64,000 nt of DNA. It comes from Cetorhinus maximus (lineage: Eukaryota). A program made the translations under genes and the position numbers. The notes under the pieces are model-generated. The model did no database searches. It had not been told where the DNA came from and saw only the letters and a program-made list of their open reading frames with translations. Shown in pieces: positions 11,148 through 22,922 of this stretch (position 1 is the stretch's first letter; each line of letters begins with the position of its first letter). The stretch spans positions 1,550,001 to 1,614,000 of the forward strand of contig NC_135903.1 of the NCBI RefSeq assembly GCF_964194155.1, given 5' to 3'.

Positions 11148-14100
11148 TCTAAGTGGTACTGAGCAAACTGATGGAGCTGCGGGCTGACAAGTCTCCGGGT
11201 CGTGATGGCGTTCATCCTAGGGTCTTAAAAGAGGTGGCTAATGAGGTAGTAGATGCATTAGTGTTAATATCATACGCGATAACTCCAAGTCAACAGCGTC
11301 GAGAGCCTACGGACTTTATCCTTTATTTTATAACGCCCATCCTCCAAAGTCCATCTCTGCAAAGAGACTCTATCTGCTAGATTCTGGAAAGGTTCCATCA
11401 GACTGGAAAGTAGCAAATGTAACCCCTCTGTTCAAGAAGGAGGGAGGCAGAAAACAGGAAATTATAGGCCAGTTAGCTTGATTTCTGTTGTAGGGAAGGT
11501 GTTAGAATCGATCATTAAGAAGGTTATAGCTGGGCACTTAGGGTAACTCGAGGAAATTGGGAAGAGTCAGCATGGTTTTGTGAAAGGGAAATCATGTTTA
11601 ACCAAATTATTGGAGTACTTTGAAGGTGTAACATGTACTCTGGATAAAGGGGAGCCTGTTGACGTGCTGCACTTGGATTTCCAGAAGGCATTTGGTAAGG
11701 TGCCACATCAAAGGTTATTGCGGAAAATAAAAGTTCCTGGTGTAGGGAGTAACATATTAGCATGGACAGAAGATTGGCTGGCTAACAGAAAATAGAGAGT
11801 ATGCATAAATGGGTCTTTATCTGATTGGCAGGATGTGACAAGTGGAGTCCCACAGGGGTCTGTGCTGGGGCCTCAACTTTTTATAATTTATATCAATGAC
11901 TTAGATGAGGGGAGTGAAGGCAAAATAGCTAAATTTTCAGGTGACACAAAGATAGGTAGGAAAATATGTTGTGAAGAGGAAAAAAGGAGGTTGCAGACGA
12001 ATATCGATAGGTTGAGTGAGTGGGCAAAAATCTGGCAGATTAAGTATAATGTGGGAAAATGTGAAGTTGTTCACTTTGGCAAGAGGAATAAAAAGCAGAG
12101 TATTACATAAATGGAGAACGGCTGCAGGATTCCGAGGTGCAGAGGGATCTAGGCGTCCTTGTGCATGAGCCACAAAAAGTTAGAGTGCAGGTACAGCAAG
12201 TAATTAAGAAGGCTAACGGAATGCTATCCTTTATTATGAGAGCAATTGAACATAAAACTAAGGATGTTATGCTTCAGTTACGGGGCATTGATAAGATCGC
12301 GTCTCGAATATTGTGTGCAGTTTTGGTCTCCTTATTTAAGGAAGGATGTAAATCGGTTATTGGTGGTAGGTTTACTAGATTGATAACTGAAATGAGCGGG
12401 TTGTCCAGGTAGACTGGGCTTGTTTCCACCGGAGATTAGAAGAGTGAGGGGTGACTTGATTGAAGTATATAAGATCCTGAACGGCCTTGACAAGGTGGAT
12501 GTGAAAAGGATGTTTCCTCTTGTGGATGAGTCCAGAACTAGGGGGCACTGTTTTAAAATTAGGGGTTGCCCTTTTAGGACAGAGATGAGGAGAATTTTTT
12601 TTCTCTCAGAGGGTTGTGCAACTTTGGAACTCTCTGCCTCAGAAGGTGGTGGAGGCGGGATCATTGAATATTTTTATATTTAATGGCGGTGGTAGATAGA
12701 TTTTTGGCAGGCAAGGGAATCAAAGATTATTGTGGGTAGATGGGAATGTGGAATTTGAAAGACAAACAGATCAGCCATAGTCTTATCAAATGGCGGAGCA
12801 GGCTCAAGGGGCCTACTTCTGCTCCTATTTCATATGTTCGTATTGGTAGGAGCAACTGTCACACAGCCCTTGTGGAAATGAAGTCCTGTCTTCACATTGA
12901 GCATAACTTCCATCGTGTTGTGTGGCAATACCGCTGTGCTAAATGGGATAGATTTCGAACAGATCTAGCATCTCAAGGCTGAGCAACCATGAGGTGCTGT
13001 GGGCCATCAGCAGCAGCAGAATTGTACTCAACCACAGTCTGTAACCTCATGGCCTGACAAATCCCTCACTCTACCATTACCATCAAGCCAGGGATCAACC
13101 CTGGAACAATGAAGGTGCAGGAGGGCATGCCAGGAGCAGCACCAGGCATACCTAAAAATGAGGTGTCAACCTGGTGAAACTATAACACAGGACTATTTGT
13201 GTGCCAAACAGCATAAGCAGCAAGCAATAGACAGAGCTAAGTGATTCCACAACCAACGGATCTAAGCTCTGCAGTCCTGCCACACCTAGGCATGAATGGT
13301 GGTGGACAATTAAATAACTCACTGGAGGAGGAGGCTCCACAAATATCCCCATCCTCAATGATTGGGGAGCCCAGCACATCAGTGCAAAAGACAAGGCTGA
13401 AGCATTTCCAACAATCTTCAGCCAGAAGTGCCACGTTGATGATCCATCTCGGCCTCCTCCAGAGGTCCCCAGCATCACAGATGCCAGTCTTCAGACAATT
13501 CAATTCACTACACGCGATATCAAAAAATGGCTGAAGGCACTGGATACTGCAAAGGCTATGGGCCCTGACAACCTAGCCAAGGTGAAACAGTACAGCTACA
13601 ACACTGGCATCTATCCAGCAATGTGGAAAATTGCCCAAGTATGTCCTGTACACAAAAAGCAGGCCAAATCCAACCTGGCCAATTACTGCCCCATCAGTCT
13701 ACTCTCAATCATCAGTAAAGTAGTGGAAGGGGTCATCAAAAGTGCTGTCAAGAGGCACTTGCTTAGCAATAACCTGCTCACTGACACTCAGTTTGGATTC
13801 TGCCAGGATCACTCAGCTCCTGACCTCACCTTGGTTCAAAGATGGATAAAAGAGCTGAACTCCAGTAGTGAGGTGAGAGTGACTGCTCTTGACATCAAAG
13901 CAGCATTTGACTGAGTGTGGCATCAAGGAGCCCTAGCAAAACTGGAGTCAATGGGAATCAAGGGGAAAACGCACCGCTGATTGGAGTCATATCTAACACA
14001 AAGGAAGATAGTTGTAATTGTTGAAGATCAATCATCTCAGTTCCAGGACATCACTGCAGGAGTTCCTCAGGGTAGTGTCCTCAGCCCAACCATCTTCAGC

Positions 14101-16120
14101 TGCTTCATCAATGACCTTTCTTCCATCATAAGGTCAGAAGTGGGGATGTTCGCTGATGATTGCACAATGTTCAGCACCATTTGCAACTCCTCAGATACTG
14201 AAGCAGTTCATGTCTAAATGCAGCAAGACCTAGACAATATCCAGGCTTGGGCTGACAAATGGTAATTTACATTCATGCCACACAAGTGCCAGGCAATGAC
14301 CATCTCCAACAAGAGAGAATCTAACCACTGGCATTACCGTGAATCCCCCGCTATCAACATCCTGGGGGTTACCATTGACCAGAAGCTGAACTGGACTAGA
14401 CTAGCCATATAAATACTGGGGTACAAAAGCAGGTCAGAGGCTAGGAATCCTGTGGCAAGTAACTAACCTCCTGACTCCCCACAAGGCACAAGTTAGGTGT
14501 GTGATGGAATTCTCTCCACTTGCCGGGATGAGTGCAGCTCCAACAACACTCAAGAAGCTTGATACCATCCAGGACAAAGCAGCCCATTTAATTCATACCC
14601 CATACACAAATATTTACTCCCTCCACCACTGACGCACAATGGTAGCAGTGTGTACCATTTACAAGATGCACTGCAGGGACTTACTAAGGCTCCTTAGACA
14701 GCACCCTCCAAATCTACAACTGCTACCTTCTAGAAGGGCAAGGGTAGCAAATGTATGGGAACACCACCACTTGCAAGTTCCCCTCCAAGCCACTCACCAT
14801 CCTGACATGGAAATATATGGCCGTTCCTTCACTGCTGCTGGGTCAAAATCCTGGAACTCCCTCCCTAACAGCATCGTGGGCGTGCCTATACCACATGGAC
14901 TGCAGCGGTTCAAGAAGACAGCTCACCACCACCTTCTCAAGGGCAATTAGGGATGGGCAATAAATGCTGGCCCAGCCAGCGACACCCACATCCCACAAAT
15001 GAATTTTTTAAATGCTCACATGTTTAAGTTGGTGCAGGACAGCAGGAAACATCAACAATCATATCACTGGCCCCATACAAAATGTGAGCAATGTGACAGG
15101 TGAGCTGCTAATAAAATAATAAATGTTGTAGAAAAGTAAACTCAGAATATGAATGTACACTAAAGTTTGAAAGTAGACACAGGGGAGAATAAAGATTCAT
15201 GTTGCAGTTGATAAGAGCTATTGTCTGTTATGGAAGCTGTCACTTAGCCATAAATAAAGTTATGATGTTGAGAATTTTACATCAACATCAAATGTATGCC
15301 CTTCGTTTTTAATAATTTAATGTAATACGATGGAAACTTACAAAGTTGCTACGTTCTATCAATAAACATGTCAAGGTCCATATTATGAGTCATTTTATCA
15401 GAGAGAAGACAAGCAGTTTTTTATTGTGAAGTGGAATGGGATGTCTGAAGGGTGGAAGAAGCAGATTCAACGCCGAATTTCCAAAGGGAATTGGTTACAT
15501 ACCCGAAAAGAAAGCATTTACAAAGCATACGGTTAGGGGATTGGAGCTGGGAATGATTGGACAGCTCTTTTAATGAGCTGTCACAGGCATGGTGGACTGA
15601 ATTGCTCCTTTTGTGTGGTGTGATTCGACATTTATTATTAATTGTCCATTTTGCAAATCTCATCAAAATTCTTAACTGGCAATTGGTTCTAATTGTTTTG
15701 AAGTGCACGGCAGGTTTATTTTTTAACTATTCTGTTTTTAAATATATTGTTACTGTTTAAAAATAAGCAAGAGTTTGGATTGATATAGTTCAGTAAAATG
15801 TTTTGATATTTTACATGCTTTAATTCAGTTTGAGGCAGATCTTTACATCTAGAATCTTTTTTCTGGCTTTTGAGTTAAACCAGATTAAAATGAGTGCCCT
15901 AACTGAGTGTGAAATGAGGTAAGTGCCTAGTTTTTTGCACTGTGCAATATTTTCTTTTTTATCATGTGAACAAGTTAAATCATAGATGTTACAATTTCAA
16001 CATGTTTATTCTTATAATGCATTTATATAAATAATCTACATGAACGCAAATGAAGACACTGTGAACAGTTCAATATGGATAAGAAGAAAACAAGAATGAG
16101 TTTTTAGCATATGACATCAT

Positions 16121-19108
16121 GGGCAGAATTTTCGCAGAATTGCACTAAGTGCGGTACTGGGCGGGTAAAATGGAGTCTTACCCGCCGACAAAAATGGCGG
16201 GTTTTCACACCATTTCTTCCCTAGCCCGCCTCATTATTTATGCATTCCCAGGAAACACGCCCTTCCATGGCGGGCAGGCTCTCATTTTCCCATTCGCTAT
16301 CACCCCGCTGTTGCATCACGCCGGCCGCCATCTTTAAAAGGCAGCCGCCAGCAAAGTGCTAATCGCCACCAGCTCATCACCATTGCCTGGGAGACATGGG
16401 CAGCAAAGGCAAAAAGACTCCAACCCCCCCCGCTTCACCAACAGGTCCCTCAAATGACTGCTGGATGCCATGGAGGCCCCCGGGATGTCTTCTACCCACG
16501 CTCTGGCCGTAGGATGGGTAGCAATGTCACTAACGCGGCTTGGGTGGCGGTGGCAACGATGGTCAGTGCGAATGTCCTGCACAGGAGGACAGCCACCCAG
16601 TGTCACAAAATGATGAATGATCTCCTCCATTCCGCCAGGGCAAGACACTCTTTTCATCACTCCCAACTCACGCACTCACAAACCCATCACACATCCATAG
16701 GGCCCTCACTCACTCACTGCCAGTGCAAAGGACATTAACATTCGCTCTTTCACATTGTCCTCATCCCGTCATTGTCCTCATCCCATCCATGGGACCACTC
16801 ACCAGCCACACAGGCCAGGCATACTTATCATCTGGCCCGGCAGGCATCCTGATACACTCTCCCCATCTCTATCCATGCAGGACAAACTGGTTCACAACAG
16901 GAGGGAAAGGTCACAGACAAGTGGAGGGATGCTGGGAATCAAAGTTCTGACAGAATTTGAAAATAGAACCAACCAGCTGGCCAGCGATGACTGGGACCTG
17001 TCCTGTGCTGACAGTGAGGTTGGAGCTGCTCTACCAAGTGAGGATCCAGCAGCGCAATATCCATCAGACAACCATGCCGTGAGTGATGTGTCCTCTTTCA
17101 CAGGCCACTGCCATGCACTAATTATCTCTCCTTGCTTTCGCAGGCACATCTGCTAAAGAGCTGACAGAGTCCATGACCCAGGGCCTCCAATCAAGCTCCA
17201 AAGAAAACTCTGAAGAGGAATCTGAAGACACCCTCCCTGAAGTCTTGTCACAACACTCACCCAGACCCTCCACCAGCGCAGAGACACACAGCTCGGTGGG
17301 ACCTAGCTTGAGAGTAGCCTCAGGATCACAATCTGGTGGGCACATCGCACTTTCTGATCCACAGCAGGCAGAGGCAGGGACTTCCCAGGTCCCCGGCATT
17401 CGGAGGAGCTGCTGGAGGCCAGAATGTTGTCGAGATCAAGTCAGGTGACGAGCCTCTGGACTCGGTTATGTCAGAGTTGCTGGAACTACAAAGGCAAGCT
17501 CGGGAACAACAGGGAGGGATGTCCGCTGCTCTCCTCAGAGTGTAAGGCACGATGGAGGAGTCCATCCATCTTCAGGCTGAGGTGATAGCGCCAGCACTGC
17601 CACGCACCAGGTCAACACTGGCTGGATGGTGGCTGCCATGGAGACCTTGGTCCAGGACGTCGCTCCTGCACTGCTGCACTAACTCCATCGCTGATGCCAT
17701 AATTGGCCTCCAACAGTGTGTACGCGAGAGGGGTGCTGGGCAGCTCGGTCTCACTCCAGCTACCCCTTCCGCTCACGGAGTCAGCTAGGGACCCTCGGGC
17801 ACCCATAGGGAGGAGGAACAGCAGGTGCACACTCTGGGGCCATCCACCCAGGTGACTCCGGGAATGACCGGCCCATCTGAATCCACTCTTCCTGTGACCT
17901 CCACAGATCCAGCTTCACAGGCCGAGGAGGGGCCACTGCCACACAGCAGGACCCCAAAAGCAGACCGGGGGCCCCCCAAGTCTCAGCCCTCCAGAGGATG
18001 CCCACCAAAGTCATCACAGACAGGGAGTCACAGTTAGCAGGCTGCCTCCACCTTTGCTGTGGATGTCCGGGGAGCACCAAGATGTAGTGGCAGGGTTAGG
18101 AAAGTTAGGTAAAGTAGTTGCACAGCCTGGCCACGGGTGTTGATCACTTGTACATACTGTTCACTATTGTCAATAAACTCCTATGAAGGTCGTCCAGCCT
18201 ATGGCTCCTTGTTCTGATGAGCAGTGTTCTTGACGCTCAGATGTGAAATCTTTCTGCACAAGATAAAAGGCAGGTGTCTCAGTCCAGGGCCTCTTCCCTG
18301 TGTCTGTGCAGCCTTTAGACCACAGTGATGGTCCAGCCTCTCACTCCCTGGAAACATTACTGATGCCTGCACCTCGGCGGTGCTGGTCATTGCTGCCAGA
18401 ACATAGTGGTCAGGCACCACAGAGTTCTCTCATTCTCTCTGTGTGCTCTCAGCACCTTTAAGGTGGGGCTGGCCCCCAACACACCAGCATCTGTGACCAG
18501 TGATGCTGTGCACCAGCTCCTGAAGGGCTGAGGTGCTGAAGGCGGACACAGCATCAGATGCATCTAAAGTTTCATGGCTGCATTTTTGAGATGGCCCTGA
18601 TCATGGAGCGTAAGTGAGCTGCCCTCGGCCAGACAGGAGTCAGACATTCTCAGAGGCCATGTGAAGATCTGTGGAGTGTCCTCATTGCATGTTGTCATCA
18701 TCCTCCTGCGATCGAGCGACTATTAGGGCCTCCACTGCATCTCCATGACAGGAGCATTCTCACAGTCAAACGTTCACAACTGCGAGGTGAGGATCTACAG
18801 GGATGCCTCACTGCAGGTCATCAACATCCTCCACAAATCTGGCAGCTATGAGGGCCTCCCGTCCTCGTCCGGCCAGTGTGAGAGCCTCATCCTTGCTGTC
18901 GTCACCACCGAGAACCCCCTCACCCTCATCTCCGTCGGCATTCTCCTCATCGGAGGAGACCTGCAGCTCCTCCTCAGCCAGCTCCTCTCCCCATTGCAGC
19001 ACCAGGTTGTAAAGGGCGCAGCAGACAATGACGATGTGTGACACCCTCTGCGGACTGTATTGCAGGGCTCCACCAGGCTGGTCCAGGCACCGGAACCACA
19101 TCTTCAGC
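16121..19108. mobile_element. Decayed, truncated PIF/Harbinger DNA transposon (Myb/SANT-like gene on +, transposase C-terminus on -)
   Basis: Terminus GGGCAGAATTTT at 16121; + strand AAWVAVATMVSA...RRTATQCHKMMNDL (Myb/SANT-like); - strand 18808-19110 MLKMWFRCLD..GGALQYSPQRVSHIVIVCCALYNL (HARBI1/DDE_Tnp_4 C-terminus); convergent two-gene layout. Confidence 0.85.
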
Positions 19109-19111
19109 ATC

Positions 19112-20400
19112 CAATTTCACAGTCAGAAAAAGAGTTCTCTATCAGTTTTGCAGCAGACCCAGTTGAAAGAGAAGATAAACATGGAGATGGTTAGGCTGAT
19201 TAACCAGTTGAATGGAAAAGAGGAGACATTGAAAGGAAAAGTTGTTCAGTTTGTCAAGCTGTGAGCAGATAATGAAGCCATAAGTAGCATGGCTACAGAA
19301 CTGAAACAGGTTAAGACTTCGCCGGAGACAGACCCGGCCAACAGTGAAAACAAAATGAAGGACAAGGACAAAGCTCCGCTGCTGATGGAGAAAGAAAAGA
19401 CAAAAATATGATTGAGAAATGTTAATCCAATGCTGAAGATTAAGAAACTAGAAAGAAAACCATTGGATGCCTCAAATTTACTGACAACCATTGAGTTGAT
19501 GAAAAATGAAATGTCTGAAATGAAAATTAAGAACCTAGAATGTCAAGAAAATGTTGAACAGTTCCAAGAGAAAGTACAAGTTCTCACAAAGGAGCTCAAA
19601 GAGTCTTAGAAACAACTAGCAGAAGCAAAATAAAAAAATGTGAGCTTGAAGGATAGCCCAGAGGAACTAGGCTCTGCTAAGGAGAAACTGTTCAGTGTAG
19701 ACAACCAACTTTCACGTATGGAAAATGAGCTTCCTAATGAAAAATTAGAACCTGATGAACTTCAAGGATCAGAAATCTCTATTAAGTATCAGGAAAAATG
19801 CCTGGAAAAGGAAAAGGAATTATTGATGAATCAGAACAGTTGGTTGAATGCAGAATTAACCACCAAAACTGATGAAAAGTTGGAATTTGATCATGAAAAG
19901 AGCAATGAAATTCTTGAAACAAAGGCAAAAAGTGCTGGAAAAACTCAGCAGGTCTGATAGCATCTGTGGAGATGCTGTTTTTGTTTCAGATTTCCAGCTT
20001 CCGCAGTATTTTGCCTTTATCTATAATGAAATTTTTGAATTTTGATCCAATCTGAGATGTGCAGTATAGAAGAGCAAATCCAGACTTTAAAAACAGAAGA
20101 ATAAAAATTTAAGAAACAGATTGAGGACATTACAAGTAGATTGAAAGAGTCTAAGGAGCAGTCAGTGACCATAGAAGAAAGACTCTGAAGGGACCTGAAT
20201 GCCCAGGTGAGGTTGTTGAGCCTGTATAAGGGTCTTGCAGAAAAGTCTGAGACAAAGACAACTGAACTCACCAGAGTAGTTGCTGAGCAAAATGAAAAGA
20301 TTAATCAGCTTGAAAACGAACTGGAAAATAAGACAGTAAACAAATATTTCACTAAAATTGTGAAACAAGTGAAAGTGTAGGTTCCATTTTTGAAATGTCA
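19112..20400 (+). pseudogene. Intronless, stop-interrupted coiled-coil frame with TPR (nuclear basket protein) N-terminal similarity
   Basis: DELQGSEISIKYQEKCLEKEKELLMNQNSWLNAELTTKTDEK..HEKSNEILE; QIEDITSRLKESKEQSVTIEE..DLNAQVRLLSLYKGLAEKSETKTTELTR; LENKTVNKYFTKIVKQVK*VPFLK all resemble recalled human TPR segments. Confidence 0.7.
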
Positions 20401-21014
20401 GCTTCCAGGAAGAACATGGCAGACCCTGTGGAGAAAGAAAGCCCGAGTCCACTCTGCGAGTGAGCAGAGCGAACATTCCCTCCGGAAGGAACGGGATAAG
20501 CCCATGGTATCCGATCAAAGAAGAAGGATTGACACAGAACAGCACAAGAGGCAAACCAGATGTTGAAACCCAAGTATTTGAAACACTGAATATTACAATT
20601 TCAATTCTTCACCAACAAAGTCAGCCCGAAGCAACTGAGACTCTACCACACCTCCGGATAGGAAGAGAATGAGATCTGAAAGAGTTGTAAAGCTTCCAGA
20701 CCACCTGAATTTGTAAAGTTAGAGACTTGGGGGAGAAGGGGTAGCATGGAAATATTACATTGTAAATATAGCGGGTAAGAACTTGAGGAGGTGTAGTATA
20801 AGGGTTAGTAAGGGTTAAGGTGGGACTAGAGAAACAGCACTGCCCACATTTTCATGTAGGAAGTCATATGATGATAGACTGTGTTTAGAGAGAGTTTGAG
20901 AGAAGGTGGCATGAAGGTAGGACCTAGACAGGGTTGTGTGTTAACAATAAACAGCTTATGTTCAACCATACAAGTCTCCAGACTCTTAGAGAGACAGCAA
21001 ACAACTCTACAACA
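20400..21014 (+). mobile_element. Gypsy-like LTR retrotransposon 3' end: pol tail, PPT and 3' LTR
   Basis: RSERVVKLPDHLNL* at ~20672-20716 (typical Gypsy integrase tail); purine tract GGGGGAGAAGGGG at 20729-20741; ~270-bp LTR with AATAAA at 20946 ending in ...CTACAACA; hsp30 spacer resumes at 21015. Confidence 0.65.
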
Positions 21015-21683
21015 CAAGGAATAGAAGTGCTGACTGACACTGTGAGAGATATTGCAGGGTACAGGGTCAGTAATATAATTTAACTGAAACTTTATAAAAG
21101 TTGCTAACAATGCAAGTAACTTTGCTTTTCCCCCCAGTTATTAATATCAAACAGGTAAACCCAATGAAACAGGTTCCACCATCCATTAAATGAGTGGTGT
21201 TCAGTCTGGTGTCTGTGTTGGAAGGCAATCTGTTGTTGCTGCTCATTGTGAGGCCGCAAGAAATATCTTTGGGAAATACAGAGATGCCCTCGTCTATTAG
21301 TGCACTGGGTCTGTATAATAGTTTTATATTTTTTATGGACTGACATCAGTTTGAGGCAGTTCTTGACATAGAGTATTATTTTCCTGGGTCCCATATTAAA
21401 ATAGCGCATTTAATGAGAGTGAAAGGAAGTAAAGCTTTAGTTTTTGATTACTTTAATATTAGTCTATTTTTATCAAGGTAATATGCAGAAACATGATCAC
21501 TACTTATCCAAAATCTTTATTTGTTTATAAATATTCCATATGAATACGGATAATAGCACAGTACAGACAAACAAGATGAAAACAATTCATTTTAAGCATT
21601 ATACTTTCATATCACGGTCTCAGAAACTTTTTTCTGCATATAATCCATTCTTTCTTCTCTAAAAAATTCAATGTAAGTGCATT

Positions 21684-21728
21684 TTAATTTTCCCTATAAA
21701 CTTCTTCCTCTTTCTTGTTCCCCTCATT
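21684..21728 (-). pseudogene. Stub of a deleted ninth hsp30 copy (last 14 codons and stop, followed by its 3' UTR and spacer down to ~21015)
   Basis: Minus strand reads NEGNKKEEEVYREN*, compared with copy 5 KNEGNQEEQEVKMDN*; a second 3'-UTR block (tctcagaaac) lies at ~21618 in addition to the copy 3 block at ~21937. Confidence 0.75.
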
Positions 21729-22001
21729 CAGGAACTAAATGTCTAGTTTTTCAGTTGTGTCATTTAAGTTTCTATTTACAAAGTAAAAGAGCTGAATCAT
21801 CACTATTATTTTCAAAAGTATTTATTTTTCCAAAAACATATATATCAAAAAATTCACACGAATGCTGATAACAACACAGTTCAGAAATACAAGGTCAAAA
21901 CAATTCATTTTCAGCATTATGCCTTCATTTCATAGTCTCAGAAACCTACTTCTGCATATAAACCATTCTTATTTCTAACAAAAGATGACGGTAAATGAGT
22001 T

Positions 22002-22661
22002 TTAATTGTCCATTTTCACTTCCTCCTCATTTTTCCTCTCAGCTTTTCCACTCTCCAGTTTCGGTGCCTCTTGGCCAGGATTTAGCTGGGGACTGGTTGT
22101 TGTATCCGAGGTGATGTTGACGGGCACGGTTCGTTCATTCACAGCTGGCAGTGCCAGGCGTGGGGCTTGAACCTTTAACCGACCGTCCTGTGACAAACAG
22201 CAGTTAAGAGCTTCAGCATCGACATCTTCTGGCAGCTGAAATTCTCTCCTCAACTCTTCATATTTGTAGCTGGAAGAGCCGCTGCCATCATCACTTTTCT
22301 TCTCGTGTTTTCCTGTCACCAGCACTTTTCTTCCAAGTACTTTCACATTCAGTTCTTCTGGGGAGAATCGCTGGACATCCAGGGACAGAGAAAAGCCATT
22401 TCCCTCCTTGTCCTCTGATTGTCTTTTACCTTCTTCATTATCATCAGGTTTGTTGTCCTGATTTCTTGGTTTTTCCTCCCAAAATTCTTTTGCCAGCTCC
22501 TCAAGAACTCGCTCCATGAAGTTCATGCTCTTTCTCACTTCTTCAACCTGTTTCCACGTGTTGCATCCAAGCGGCTCCCAGACCCTGTGTGGAACAGGCC
22601 ACAATGTGTACACAGGCTGCTGGCACCGACGTGAAGGGTGGAAAGCCCGACAGCTCAGCAT
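22002..22661 (-). CDS. hsp30: Hsp30-type sHSP copy 3, 219 aa
   Basis: Intact ACD ORF from MLSCR. Confidence 0.92.
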   Translation of the reverse strand: MLSCRAFHPSRRCQQPVYTLWPVPHRVWEPLGCNTWKQVEEVRKSMNFMERVLEELAKEFWEEKPRNQDNKPDDNEEGKRQSEDKEGNGFSLSLDVQRFSPEELNVKVLGRKVLVTGKHEKKSDDGSGSSSYKYEELRREFQLPEDVDAEALNCCLSQDGRLKVQAPRLALPAVNERTVPVNITSDTTTSPQLNPGQEAPKLESGKAERKNEEEVKMDN

Positions 22662-22754
22662 TGTCTCTGCCTCTTCTCTCACTTCTCTCAAACTGACTGA
22701 TGTGAACTCCCAGTCTTCAGTCTCTGATCTGCTGCAGCACTCAGAACACATGCC

Positions 22755-22922
22755 TTATATATTCTACTCCCAGAAACCCAGACATTTCCAGAATGAACTC
22801 AACTTTGCTGGACTCATGACACGTGAGCTGCAAATAAATGACATCTCATCCCAGCCTTGCTTTAAACAAGAATGACTCGACTCAGTGACACCCACTGGAG
22901 CCGTTCCAGAGACTTCTGGAAT
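22755..22922 (-). promoter_or_regulatory. hsp30 copy 3 promoter (TATA and HSEs)
   Basis: Same TATA/HSE module; distal HSE at 22903-22922. Confidence 0.85.

Larger units (their letters stand above)
8624..12839 (+). mobile_element. Inner decayed CR1 LINE with endonuclease and RT remnants
   Basis: YLNACSIHNK, GKGGGVALLIK and SDHNMIEF-like APE motifs; KSPGRDGVHPRVLKE, LDFQKAF, GVPQGSVLGP; 3' tail catatgttcg; many stops and frameshifts. Confidence 0.9.
8562..15010 (+). mobile_element. Outer CR1/L2-group LINE (8562-8623 plus ~12840-15010), split by an inner CR1
   Basis: ...gatgcatctgtccatgatag at 8623 resumes as tattggtaggagc... at ~12841; decayed RT (NYCPISLLSIISK, LDIKAAFD, GVPQGSVLSP, MFADD); the hsp30 spacer resumes at ~15012. 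Confidence 0.8.

Noticed and set aside
19112-20400. Functional link between the TPR-like fragment and hsp mRNA export
   Set aside because: The fragment has several stops and is TE-embedded; its location in the hsp30 array is most simply chance
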